DNA of 63,961 bases, filler included, from Trypethelium eluteriae (lineage: Eukaryota): NCBI GenBank assembly GCA_051942245.1. It is 3 parts of 3 records of this genome, joined end to end, with 100 filler letters (N's around TTAATTAATTAA, not from the genome) between each part and the next. Parts side by side here need not be neighbours in the genome. Positions count along the whole stretch, not along the records: positions 1 to 23,427 come from JAVECL010000420.1; 2 more parts are not named here. One strand, written 5' to 3'. Below, piece after piece: positions 1-12,470 of the stretch. The stretch's first letter is position 1; every line of letters starts with the position of its first letter. The notes beneath the pieces are model-generated. The model worked only from the letters and a program-made list of their open reading frames with translations. It searched no databases and was not told where the DNA came from. Position numbers and translations under genes: made by a program.

Positions 1-55
1 GGAGAGAGGTCCCGTGGAGGCGGGGATTCGGAAGGGGGAAGAGATTTTGGGGCAT
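1..55 (-). CDS. Probable 5' end of a gene running off the window (MPQNLFPLPNPRLHGTSL...)
   Basis: ATG at 55 with A at -3 (caataATG) and an open frame to the window edge; too short to identify. Confidence 0.3.
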   Translation of the reverse strand, partial: MPQNLFPLPNPRLHGTSL

Positions 56-590
56 TATTGTGATGTCGATTTGCCGGTTCATGACAGACGGGTGAGTGTT
101 CTCGCTGGAACAATATTCCAGAGATGATTTTGCTGATCATAACTAGGAATGGGCTGCTGGGGCGTTAGGAGGTCATTGTCTTTGTGAAAGGTGTAAGTGG
201 GAGTCGCACGAAACAGACGTCTGACCTGTCTGGGTGTTCTATTGAGTGTTGAGAAGACGCACATGATTCTTGGCTATCAGCTTGGCAGCGAGCTCGTTAC
301 CACCTAAATATTTGGAATACTACTCGAATTGAAATTTGTTTAAGGTACTCGATCTCGCCTGAATCACCGTACTTACCTTGCCAGATCCCTGCGTCTCTTA
401 AAGCGTACGGACGATAGGGAAAAACAAGCCTCTCCGAGTGCGATGACGAGCCCTTCAAATATTCCATATCCTTGACCAAGTCAAAATTTAAGGCTCTTTC
501 AACGAAAGGTGAAATCGCTGGTCATATCATGGGTCTATGTTTGGTAACGTCGTCTTCGCCTCTGGAGCCACCACAGAAAAATGATCGCCT

Positions 591-2638
591 CTACGAGGTC
601 CTTAGAAGATCCATCGCCTGTATGCCGAGACTAGATGCGACTACGCTTGTTTTCGCCGCAATGTCACTGACGACCGTTCTAAGCGTCGCATTTCCTTCGG
701 CGAGCATCATAGCTACAGCCGCAGCGACGGCCGTCAATCCTCCAACCATTCCGACCTTCTTCATCATGTCTTGCCCTCTTTGAACCTTTTTTTCCTTCCC
801 CACCGCTCCATACTCGAAGTCCCCCCACCTCACCCATAAACTCCTCAGCCAAAACATGTACTGCGGGTCCGGATACATCATAATGTTTTGGCCTGTCTCA
901 GGATGCAGTGCCCAAGTCCTGCAGCCCGAAGACCATACGAGCTTCGTCAGACGCGACTGTAGCCAATCGGAGTCGTAGCGGGCAGCTTGAGCGGTGACTG
1001 CAACAGTGGAGGACGAGGGGAGGAGGGAGGATAGTAGTGATGGACGGGACGAGCGCAAGATAGGAGCGATGAGGCGAAGGGCGAAATTGATCTGGCATTC
1101 AACAGTATAGATGACACTGAGGTGGCCGGTGACGGTGTTCGGTCCCATGAGGATAAAGAAGTTGGGAAAGGAGGGGACGCAGGTGCCGAAGTAGGCTGAC
1201 GGGGCACCTGCAGATTCTTTTTCCCACTGGATACGCTGTCAGCATCGTACTGACATTCTGTAGGCAGAGAATTGTGGAAGGGAGGGTACGCACATGGTCA
1301 TTCAAACTCACGCCCTCCCTCCCCCGTATCTCCATTGGGAACAACATCTGATGCGTTGCAAAACCCGTCGCCAACACAATCGCATCCGCCTTCACCTTCC
1401 TCCCTGCCTCCGTCACTACACCCTCCTCCTCAATCCCCACCACCGGGTCGTCCGCCACCAGCTTCATATTCTTGCTGTGTAGACACGCAAGGTACCCCGT
1501 ATCCAGCACCTTCCGCTTGCACCCAATCGTCGTGCGCGGCACCAGCGCCTCAACGTACCGCTCCGGCGCCATCTGCTCCACGTAGGCCCGGTTCTCCTGC
1601 TTCAGCCCTTCACGAATGGACGCGCCGGTCGTGATGTCGAAGCCGGCGAAGTCTCGCTCCATGTCGGCGTATAGCTTTGCGCGGTAGAGGCGCATGGCTA
1701 GAGGCATATAGCGCATGAGAGACTTGAAGGAGGAGGAGTAGGCGAAGTCGATGCGGGCGGCGAGGAAGTGGGCTTGGCGGGCGAATTGGGTGAGGTGGTG
1801 GACTGGGCTGGGGCCGGTGGTGAGGATGGGGACGAATTGAGTGGCGCTGCAGCCGTTGCCTTGAATGAAGGATGGAGATGAGCTTATGCTTCTTTCTGAT
1901 CGGATCTCAAATGGAGTGTTGGGGGGGAATGTTAGGTTGGGAGGGTTATGGAAAGAGGTGCTACTACATACCAAGGACGACGACGTCTTTATCTGCCCAT
2001 TTGAAACTATGGTCCCATCTTGAGGAATGGAAGATATGACCTTTGAAGTCCTCGGCACCGGGTATCTCGCACTCTTTGGGTACCGACAGTGCTCCTACCG
2101 CCGAAATGAAGACTCTTGAGCGTCGTTGCTGCATAGCTCCAGTTCTAGTATCTTTGATTGAAATCAACCACGTCGAACTTTCTTCCTCCCATGTTGCTGT
2201 CTCAACCGTAGAGTGGAAACGAATGTGTGGAATGATGTTGTACCTATCAGCGACGGAGCGAAAATAAGCTTGAATTTCAGATTGCATTGAGTATTTTCTG
2301 CTCCTACAGAAACAATTAGACATTTGCACTTGCTAAGCCGCGGGGGGAGTGTTGGAAAGCTTACCAGTGTGGGTTAAGAGCAAAGGAATAGGAATAAAAA
2401 TGCGACGGGACCTAATGATTTCAATGTTTATCAGAAGATCATGAGAAACTCGGACATGAAGAAAACTTACATCACATCCGCAGCCTGGATAGGAATTAAT
2501 ATTCCAAGTGCCTCCAACGTCGTCCGCCTTTTCTATGAGCTCAAAGCTCTGTGTACCAAACTTCCGGACGAGCTGGACGGCAAAACCGAGACCCGACATG
2601 CCTGCCCCCGCAATGAGGACATCTGTGTCTATAGACAT
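591..2638 (-). CDS. Baeyer-Villiger-type flavin-containing monooxygenase (multi-exon)
   Basis: GAGMSG Rossmann motif, GGTWNINSYPGCGCDV, BVMO fingerprint FKGHIFHSSRW, second GNGCSA motif, ATGF; four GT-AG introns join the ORF pieces. Confidence 0.92.
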
Positions 2639-3595
2639 GGTGGCTAGGTGTTGAAGGCCGTTATGATATTCCAAACGGAATGGCACAAAGGAGAGCAGTA
2701 GGCTTTGAGAATCAATACAAAAGGAACACAAGAGGGCCTCTCCAACAACAACGCAACACAATATTTGGAAAATTCACTTGAGACCGTCATCTCTATTATA
2801 CCGAAAGGCTTGCCAGGCATTCATTTCCGTCCGGTAAACTTGCCGTCTCTTGAGAACCCAAAGGCCGGAAAAGATCAGATACGGAAGGACGATGGGGAAT
2901 TACATCGACAAGCGCGGATGTTCCCGTGGTGCTGTTGTGCCCCACAGCGTAATGGGACTGTGATAGTAACGTAAATCTGCCTTAAATGCTAAGAAGCGGA
3001 AGGTTTGCCGAAACTGGCGTGACTGGTGGGGTGAGGGGAGCATTGCGAATAGTGGAACCACCGGTCAAGGTAGAGTTCATGAACATGGGAATTCGGAAAA
3101 GGCCGTTAGTGGCCGAAAGGTAGATACGAGATCGAGAAGAAGTCCAAATGTTGATCATTACTGCATACGAGACAGGACCGCCATAAAAAGAAGTTGACGC
3201 GACTACAGTAGCATTATGAATGCAAGCAAAAAGACCCAAAGGACGTTCTACCCCCCGAACTGATGAGCCGTCACATGCAAATGTGGGCTGAGAAGGTCAT
3301 CAGTGCCCCCCGTAAATCGAGGAGTTACCGATGAGCCTCTCAGAAAATAAGGGTAAAGCGAAAGAACCTTGAGAGTAATCCAACTATCACCTGCAGAATG
3401 CTGAACGCCATGATCGCCCGGTTTGCCCAAGGCTATGATTCCGAGCAGGCAATGTGACAATTACCATGCAGTGGCCATAGTGTGTGAACTGACATAAATC
3501 TCGCCGAAGCCAACGCCTTTTTTTTTTGTTTTCAGCTGCTATCGGCCTTGAGGGTGGCGAAGGGTGCGATCCACAAGTGTAAGTTGGGGATCAAT

Positions 3596-3674
3596 AGTAC
3601 CAGAAGTACCAGAAGGACCAGACGTATCAGAAGGACCAGAAGTACTAGAAGTACCAGAAGCACCAGAAGGACCA
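3596..3674 (-). repeat. Imperfect 9-bp tandem repeat (~8 copies) encoding S-G-P/T tripeptides
   Basis: Forward strand shows repeated ccagaagta/ccagaagga units; minus-strand translation SGPSGASGTSSTSGPSDTSGPSGTSGT. Confidence 0.85.
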
Positions 3675-3986
3675 CTAGTGACAATGACTGCGTCCCCAGC
3701 AAAGGAGGGCTCGAAAACAGTCTCCCCGCTCCCGGTGTCTTCCTCCCCTGCGCCGTAAGTCAACCTACGCGCCGGCATCCAATTCTCCAGGAACGTCAAG
3801 CGTCTCTGGTAGTCGTCATACGTAAGGCTCCCACGACCTAGGCGCAGCAGCAAAATCAACCGATGTCAGCAACTCTCGCGAAATGGGATTATTGGGCGGA
3901 GCAATGAGAGCAATAGTCATGTCCAGAAGAGTAAAGATGCATATTGTATTATACGTAGAGCGGCAACGGGTTTGCTTAGCTCAGAT

Positions 3987-5067
3987 TCAATAAGCACCTT
4001 GAGCCAACTGTCCCGACGGATACGTTCCACCCCCCATTTGTTGCTGATGTTGGGCCATCTGCTGTGCCTGCTGCGCCTGTCTGAGTTGGTGCAAGTCATT
4101 GAACCACGGATGTTGGAGGGCTGCGTTGGCCGTGATCCGCATCTCCGGGCGCAGTTGGAGCATCTGCTGTAGCAGCTGTAATCCGACTTGGTCGATTTGT
4201 GGCAGGATGAGCCGAAGGTCCTGTGTGGCGTAGACGTGGAAATTGGGCCGGTATTCGGGGAACGATGCGATGCCCGGCCAAGACCGTTCCGAAGGCGTTC
4301 CCATGAGTCGGAAGATTTTCTGCAATTGGTCCTCGTTTGTTGTGCCAGGGAAGAGGGGACGGCCGGTGTACATCTCTGCCATGATGCACCCTGCGGACCA
4401 GATATCGATGCTGGTATTGTAGGTGCGGCTGCCAAGGAGCACATCCGGAGCGCGGTACCAGAGGGTCACTACTTCATTTGAGAAGGTATTCACAGGTATG
4501 CCGAATGCTCGTGCAAGGCCGAAATCCCCAAGCTTGAGCTGACCCTTGACGTTAATGAGCAGGTTTTGCGGCTTCAGGTCTCGATGCAGGACTCGGTTGT
4601 CGTGACAGAAGGCAATCCCTCGCAGAAGCTGATGCATGAATGACTTGATGGTCAGAGTGTCAAGTTGTCCACGGTCTCCTCTCGCGTCCATATACTTCTT
4701 CAGGTCTCTATCCATGAATTCAAAGACAAGCATCAGCTTATTCTCAGTGTGTATGACGTCGTGAAGTGAAACAATGTTTTCGTGCTTGAGCTCCTTCATA
4801 AGAGAGATCTCGCGAATGGCGGTTGAAGGCGTGCCCTCCTCTGAGTCTAGGTGTATCTCCTTGAGAGCGACATATTCGCCGGTCTGACGATTCCGTCCTT
4901 TGAATACCTAGAGGTAGTGTCAGCGTTAGTCTTGCCCCAGAGTCTGTACCACGCATGCTCCTTCACCGTGGCTGCTGATGTGTAATGGGCAGACATACCG
5001 TTGCATAGGTGCCTTCTCCAAGTTTCTCCAACTGCTGGAACGAGCTCGGGTGCCGTTTGTTGTCCAT
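3987..5067 (-). CDS. PHO85: Cyclin-dependent kinase Pho85/PhoA (canonical AUG isoform, one intron ~4909-4998)
   Basis: [76 protein letters not shown]. Confidence 0.96.
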
Positions 5068-5754
5068 TTCTACGATCTGCTGGCCGTCGCCTAGATCCCG
5101 AACGCTGATGGTTGAGTCACTACGATCGTTTAACGATAGAGTACCGACGTGAGTAGGCTTGAGAGTCGGGGGAGGAGGACGGCGTGCAGTGTAGCGTGGA
5201 TCCCAAAGTATCGCGCTTGCAGTCGTAAGCTGCTGCGCAATGGAAAGTGGGGACGACGGGCCTGTCGAAGGTGCAGTAGAGGGGCCTGCAGTGGAAGTGG
5301 CAGAAGTCCGAGAGGTTGATTGCGCCGTTTTGATGGAATGGAAAGTGCTTATGCCAGATGGCCTGGCAAGAGCAGTCAAAGACTGGATCTTATAGTGGCT
5401 GGAGCAATGGATGATCGTAAATTATTTCTCACTCTGGCTGCTGCTGCTGCAGTCGGCTGCGTTTCTAGTGATGGTGACTGGTCTGGATCCCTTGGTTGAC
5501 AGTCACTTGTCAAATGAGCTTCGGCCCTCGCGCCCACCGCATCCTCCACCTCCTTGCGGCCTCAGTTGCCTGCCTTCATATCCGCAGGCGCCGACCCCAG
5601 TCTGTCTTGGGCCTCTTCCTATTCTTGAGCGTTTAATTTAAGCTAGCGTATCTGTAGAGCCGCTCACAAATCATGCACATTATGAAATACGTTTTCATGG
5701 CATATTTACATTAATTCCAGTGATGGAGAGAGAGGTATCGTTCATAGCCCCATT

Positions 5755-6795
5755 TCAACGCCCAGGCAAAAGGCAACACATAGCACGAAGCCCACTTTCT
5801 ACCTTCTCGAATTTCCTCATGTGTAGTACTTGTCCCTCAACGGGAGTGTCCTGCTGGGTCCGCTGGGCGTTGTTGGTCCACCCAGTGTGTTGAACGCCTG
5901 TGTCCTTGGGGTGATCGGGCTCTTCAGCCCACCAGTTGTCCCAGGAGTCCGCGGCGTTCGCGGTATCTGCCTCAGCATCTCCCACTGCTGCTCTACCGAC
6001 ATGTCGGACTCTGGAGAGAAATTCTTTCCTTCACCAGTGCCCTCTTCAAGTTGCGTCTTTCGTGCAAGTTTTTGTTCTCCTGTTGGGAATGCCGACCAGA
6101 TTGCAATCGGGATATGGAAGAATAGGATACAGCTGATGAGTCGAAATTAGCATTGCCCGATCTTGAGACTACGTATTCGAGTACTTACGCCATGACAATA
6201 GTGACTGCAAAGCTTGCCTTTCCCTGCTCACAGTAGTGGACATTATTTGGATTGTGTGCCACGCTGCAGCTTTTTGTGATATACCATGGTGCTCCTGGTT
6301 GCAGATGGGCTGGATCGCTGGTGTCTGGTCCAGCCTGGGCATGTGCACTATAGGCCCAAAGAATGACGAGGACGCTGTGAATAAGGACGGACAAGATCGG
6401 GTAGAATATATGCAGGAGGTAGAGCACGCATTTGGCAAGGAGAATGAACATGGTAAGAATCGAGATGACTACGTTGAAACTGGTCGTGCTGTTCCACTCA
6501 TCGAATCAGTTTCGTCTCTTTGCGACTGAATTCCCATTATATGCCCGGATACTTACAACTGGGACCATGGCAGAGGTGTCTTGTAAGATTGGTAGTTGTA
6601 TGCAGCATATTGAGCCGCACTTGGATCGCTGTTGAAACCATTGTCGGAGCCATCTTGCCACAGCGCTGTACGGTAGGTGTCTGGGTTGGCGATGCCAAAT
6701 AGGGCGAGCGTTGCGACGACAAGGCCCAATTCAACGACGAAAAGAGCAGGAAGGACTCTCGATAGATGCCATCTCCGGGCGAGATAGAAATGCAT
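5755..6795 (-). CDS. Conserved fungal multi-pass (MARVEL-like) membrane protein, 3 exons
   Basis: Hydrophobic helices plus LFGIANPDTYRT..W.DG..NGFNS and QAGPDTSDP..PWYITKSC motifs spread over ORFs 6553-6795, 6185-6451 and 5755-5985, linked by GT-AG introns. Confidence 0.75.
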
Positions 6796-7732
6796 CTTGC
6801 GAGTCTCTGTCTTCTGGGCGTACTAATACTAGCAGCTGGTGGTGATGCCCACGGCCGAAGGAGGAGCTGGTAAGATGTCAAGGGCCGGACGACGTTCACG
6901 ACACGACCAGGAAGCAATCCAGGCTGGTCTGTTGGACCTTGACAGACTCGAAAGATGGGAAATCTTCAAGTCAGAGCGAACAGCGCAAACCGGTGCCGCC
7001 GGGAATTGAGGGCATTATCAGAGCGGGCGCTCGTCTTACACCCAGCAAGAGCTGAGGACCTATCAAGGGTCCCGAATGCAGTGTGCGGCAGCACCTTGCA
7101 GGCTGCGAGTGACACAAGTAGGTCCGTCGCCATTGACTGGACGCGGAGTAACGACTAACCAGGATGGCTGCAAGAAGACGATTGATCAGCGGACGAATCG
7201 AGAGTGCGCATTTCAGCTCGGCGGCTACGCGAGGTACCGAACTTGGCCTAGGCCTGCCGACACTCCGCACGCCCATTTGTTCCTCCCGTACGGTAGGCAG
7301 CTGGCTCCCTTCTTGGCGCCCGTTCAAGATCAGAACCGCATTGGGACCGCTTCAGAGAGGTTCGCGCGCGCTTCCTCCGATCACATTGCAAGTCTCCGAA
7401 CTCGAGCCTAGGTGTGGATAGAGGGTGACAGGATTGATTGCTCTGCAGGCGTTCCAGCACAGCAACTTTCTGAGTGTGGCCCCCCTGGCTTCGAGCCAGC
7501 CGCATACCAACTTCATAGAGTCTGCCGTAACAATTACACATAGGTTACAAGAAAGTTCATCGGCATCCGTGGCACAACCAAACCGGAAAGCTCGGCGACA
7601 CACGAAACCTTCTTTTAGATTCGACAATTATGATTATTTCATTCCTTCATCTTATTTACAAATGTGAAGGATAATTCACTAGAAAAATAAGGAGATAACT
7701 TGCAGCATATCCCAAGTAAGCAAGCCTGACCT

Positions 7733-8953
7733 TTATACCGTCGAGAAATCATAAGTGGCATAGTTCACGGCGGGTCCTGTTGACGGCCCGTAGATCTGCC
7801 AAGCACTGCGACCCCATTCAGGATTATTGATGCCGTCAATCCAGTCTTGCGTCTCGAACACAATGCAACCAAACTTGTTGACGTGCGACGCCGCACCCGC
7901 ATCTCCCTGGTTGCGCTGCTGCTGGCTCTGCTTCACGGGTATAGTACCATTCTGTCCAATGCAGCTGTACACCTGAAGACCCTGCTGGTTGGTTGAGACG
8001 TCCATCTTGATACCTGTTGTAGTAGACCAGTAAGAGATGACTGGGAAGTTGGATGACTCTTCGCCGGTATAGCGAGGTCGGTCGAGGATGAATGCATTGT
8101 CATATCCAGTAGAGTTGAAGCCAGCCAAATGGGAATCATAAATGTCCCGGCCGATGGTCTTCGGAGCGGTGAAATCCAACGGTGGGTAGGATTCGACGGT
8201 CGAGAGATTTCCGGTAGGAACCTCGATGTTATCAATATCAATGAAGCGGTCAGCGTATGGCATCCACAATGTGTCGTTGAGGATAGTGGGGGCCTTGAAA
8301 GCGTTCACGTTCCAATAGATGTGGTTTGCAAGCATGATAGGAGTATCCTCATTGAGTGCGGTCGAGACGGTACGAGTGGTCAAACGAGGCTGGAGCTGTC
8401 CATAAGCACCTGTCCGTGCTGAGGTTACTGTGAAGGTTGCCTCAGTATAGACCGAACCTGGGAACCCTTCAAGGGCATTGTCAAGGAAGCCAAAGGTTAC
8501 GCTATCGTCAGAGTGGGAGACGACAGTCCAATTGCGTTGATCGTAACCAATTGTACCGCCATGAAGGGTATCATGGCCCTTATTTTCATTCTCCGGAATT
8601 TGATAAGTTGCGCCGTCAATCGTGAAAGTGCCATTCTTGATTCGGTTGGCATACCGACCCACAATCGCCCCAAAGAAGGTATGATTGGTCTCGGAGTCGA
8701 TGAGGTATTGATGAGGGTCATCGTAGCCAACAACCACGTCCTGCAGTTTACCTGCATTGTCTGGCACCAGCAACGATGTTAGGCGGGCGCCATAAGGGAT
8801 CAGAGTTGCCGTAATGTTTTGAGCTTTGATGGTGTAGGGCGTAAATGGCGAACTAGATCCATTGGTGCCGAGAGTATAATTGGCATTGGGATCAGAACTT
8901 TGCGCAAGCGCGGTAGACGCGAAGACGCCTGCAATCAATGAGAAAACAAACAT
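7733..8953 (-). CDS. Secreted aldose 1-epimerase (galactose mutarotase family)
   Basis: N-terminal signal peptide MFVFSLIAGVFASTALA; GRYANRI, LHGG, NHIYWN and catalytic FETQ motifs; intronless. Confidence 0.92.
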   Translation of the reverse strand: MFVFSLIAGVFASTALAQSSDPNANYTLGTNGSSSPFTPYTIKAQNITATLIPYGARLTSLLVPDNAGKLQDVVVGYDDPHQYLIDSETNHTFFGAIVGRYANRIKNGTFTIDGATYQIPENENKGHDTLHGGTIGYDQRNWTVVSHSDDSVTFGFLDNALEGFPGSVYTEATFTVTSARTGAYGQLQPRLTTRTVSTALNEDTPIMLANHIYWNVNAFKAPTILNDTLWMPYADRFIDIDNIEVPTGNLSTVESYPPLDFTAPKTIGRDIYDSHLAGFNSTGYDNAFILDRPRYTGEESSNFPVISYWSTTTGIKMDVSTNQQGLQVYSCIGQNGTIPVKQSQQQRNQGDAGAASHVNKFGCIVFETQDWIDGINNPEWGRSAWQIYGPSTGPAVNYATYDFSTV

Positions 8954-9025
8954 TTTGACTGACACGACGCGTCTAGATGCCTGCGAGAGTGTTCGAGGAG
9001 CGGCTGTAGAGAAGGCCTTTAAGGT

Positions 9026-9430
9026 CTGGGGGAGGTACCAACCGGGTTATTAGACGGGCGTAAAGAAGGTGAGGGGAACCACGCGGGCCCTGTGAGATTA
9101 TATGGCCTCAGCTCACACCAAAATGCCCTCATCAGGCGGACATTACGGCTCACGATCTGGAGGGGAAATGACGGAGCTCCCTGGGCTGTCTACGTCACGG
9201 ATTGCAGATTCAGGTACACGTACCAGGGGCCCCCGCAGGAATGTGCCGCTGCTGGATGGAAAAATCGGACACGGGAAAAGCTGTGAGGGGATCGAATCAG
9301 GTCAGAAGCAGCTGTGGCTTGCGGCGGCGTGAAGAAAAAGCACTACACACCCAAAATTCGAGAGAGTCATGCAGGTTCAATTTTGCAGATCCGGGGAGCT
9401 GGGGAGCTAGAGCTTGGGTTACGCGTGGGG
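9026..9430. promoter_or_regulatory. Cluster of possible CreA/Mig1 (SYGGRG) carbon-catabolite sites upstream of the epimerase
   Basis: SYGGRG-like hexamers at ~9026, 9157, 9231 (reverse), 9399 and 9425, plus CCGGGG at 9391; short motif, so chance matches are possible. Confidence 0.35.
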
Positions 9431-9857
9431 AAAGCCACGAAAACGACTAGGATTGCTAAGGGAAACGCGTGAAGGATGCAACGCTCAAGCCACATGGCGT
9501 CACCCTTTGATTGGAAGGTTGATCATCATCAAATTCCTTCAGCACTCATTTCCTCTTCATATCAAACTTATTTGCGTTGGATGCCGACAACTGGAAAAAA
9601 TTTCATGACTTGTTTTGAAGTCGGGATGGGGTTGAGGTCGCGGCTCAAAGGCTCGGAAAGGGCATGAGAGCGTGGAATGTTGTGCATCCTTGCCCGTTCT
9701 CATGTCCCGTGCAATCCTTCCAGCATTGCACCATTGCTTGCCGTCCTGCCCTGAGTCCCACAATCCTCCGCTCCACCAGAATGCCTTCCTACAGTTTCTG
9801 TTCGCTTCTGTACCAGTGAGTTCGAAGTCGAAGTCCGAGGACCAGCACCAGGACCTA

Positions 9858-10958
9858 CTACGACAATAAATGTTTGGCGGCATGAGCGATGTGGTCGTCG
9901 GCAAATGTCGCCATAAAATAATAGCTGTGGTCATAGTCTGGCTGCATTCTCAGTTTCACGTCTTTATCAACTCCTGCTTCTTTTGCAGCTTTGACGAAGT
10001 TCTCTGGCAAGAGTTGGCCCTGTTTGTAGAAATTGTCCCCCGTACCCTCAACACAAATTAGCTTAGCAAAAACCGGATATAAGGCACACTTACCACATCA
10101 ATCAAGAGATCAAGTGGACCTTTCCATTGCTTTATAAGCTCGGCTGCATCATGTTCTTTCCATTTCTGTTGTTGGTCATCTCCAAAATACCCCTTGAAGG
10201 CCTTCTGGCCCCAGGGACAATTTATCGGATTCGCAATCGGCGCAAAGGCAGAACAAGACTTGTATTTCCCCGGATTCTTGAGAAACTATGTCTTTGTCAA
10301 TGACCACATCAAGCGACGCTGCTACTCCTCCATGGGGACAACCTACCAACGTCAGAGCGCCATGACCGCCCATACTGTGTCCTGTGATGCTCATTCTGCT
10401 GGAATCGAGCTGAGGAAAGGCGCCAAAGAGAGTCTTCGGGAGCTCTTCAGTCACATAGCTGTACATTTTATACCCTTTTGACCAAGGATCTCTCGTTGCA
10501 TCGACGTAAAAGCCAGCACCGGAGCCAAAGTCATAGGAATCATCTTCACCTTGGATCTGCAAGCCACCTATACCACATCGTCAGCGGAGACTGTTTTCAA
10601 AGTTCGAGCCAAGCAACGGTTCTTCTCATTTTCCCCCGTGATCGTGAGTCCCTTCGTGGAGCTCTTCAGGAAGCCAAGAGATTTATCACCTACGGGGGCT
10701 TGTATCAGGGTAGACAACTGCAATGCCCTTTTGGCTTGCTCCATGCTGAAAGAAGCCCTTCTCCGCGCAATTGTCGCCGGTACACGTTAGACCAGAGAGA
10801 TAGAATAAGACAGGTACCTTGCTACTGGAGCTAGTGGTCGCTTGAGGTGGGAGAAAGAGGTTGAACGCCATGTCGCAATTGGTGGTGGATGCTTTGTGTT
10901 TAAGCTTCAGAAGCTTGCCCCCGAAGGAGGCGATTGTTGCAGTGGTCTCAACAGACAT
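9858..10958 (-). CDS. S-formylglutathione hydrolase (esterase D), 4 exons
   Basis: [27 protein letters not shown], nucleophile GHSMGG, YDHSYYF. Confidence 0.94.
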
Positions 10959-11797
10959 GATGAGGATGTGACTTCTACAATTGAAGATGCTTTGGATTCC
11001 AATGAATTATGTGTGCCACGGTGCCCTTCGGCAAATATTATGGACGAATTTGATGACGTTAGTTGATGGTGGGGTATGAGGGGCAGGCTGTACCTTGCAG
11101 TATCAGGTACTAAACCTCCATCCCTCGCATGTGATTCCGCCACCAAAACTTATCGAACAGGTACTGCAGGTACTGTAAACCTAACGGTGTGGCTCCGGTT
11201 CTTTGCTGCATAAGACTGAGACGACAAATCTATCAGATCTGGTCCAAAAAGTTGCGCAGCATATCCGGTCATCTCAAAGAAGTTGCCATTGTTAATGTAA
11301 GTCTCCAGCCTCAACGCCCGCTACTGCCAGAAAAAATTTCCTAGCCAAGCGATGAGCCAAGGTGAGTTATCCAGCACCACCGGCTACAACCACGTAGTCG
11401 TAAGGAGGTCAATATGAGGTACACCAAAACAAGAGTCACAGTGTTGTCCAATCGCGAAGAGCACCATCTTATACCCATATACCGGAGAGCATCTTAATCC
11501 GCAAAATTCGTCATTTCCTTGCAAAAATGCATCAGTCTGTCGGAACGCACCAGAATCTGTAGACATACTGGGAGTTATTGTCTCTGTGAGGACCAGAAAT
11601 ATCTCTTGGAGCAGATAGGACCGCGAGCACGTCAGAACCCTTCCCGTAATTGCAGTGTTTTCAGCTTTGAGATTAGGATCAATTTGAGCTTTTCTCTATC
11701 AACCGGCAAAAAGCGCCCAAACGCCACGCTGTATAGAAGTGCACATTAGCCTTGATCACTGAGGGTTATCACAAAGATTAAAGCCAGCACCAGTCGG

Positions 11798-12470
11798 CTA
11801 TAGGAGCTCTTCGCACGTCCAATCCTCATAGCTGGGAAAAAGGCTGTCAGTAGCCAGATGTCAGGAGGTGGCGATACACTTACTAGCCGTCTGGGAGGTA
11901 CCTCCTCACAATCAACGGAATCTTTTTCTCCCGCAACTCCTTAATCGCGATCTGTAAGGGGTCTGTCTCGCCCTCAAGGTCGACAAGGACCGGCGCATTC
12001 ATACTGGAAAAGTCAGAATCATCCCTCAAAGCCGGAGTCTAGATGCAGCCAAGCGCACAGCTTCCAACTCGAATTAGCACACTGACCTAATCTGCAGAGC
12101 GCGTGTGCCCAATACCCTCGCCCTCTCATATTTTGTCATGTACGGAGTGGTCGCCCGCTTATCCTTGGGTATTTCCTTCTTCTTCAGAGCTGAACTCTTT
12201 CTATCGACCGCAGCACTAGGGTCACCAGAAACTACCACAGCATCCTGGCCTCCGTCTCCATTTGCTTGTATCTCACCAGTCTCTTGCTCCACTTCGGGCT
12301 CTTGTGCTTCGGGCTCTTCTGGTTCGCTGTAATAGTCTCCACCCCCAGCTCCGTCGCTGATCATCGTGAATCAGTCAAATGCTGAACAAAGACGAGAAAA
12401 ATCTGCTGGGCTGTGTATAGGATTGCACTTACTCGAAGGCGCCATCGTCATCACCACCGTAGTCTGACAT
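11798..12470 (-). CDS. RPB6: RNA polymerase I/II/III shared subunit RPABC2 (Rpb6/Rpo26), 4 exons
   Basis: [57 protein letters not shown]. Confidence 0.97.
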
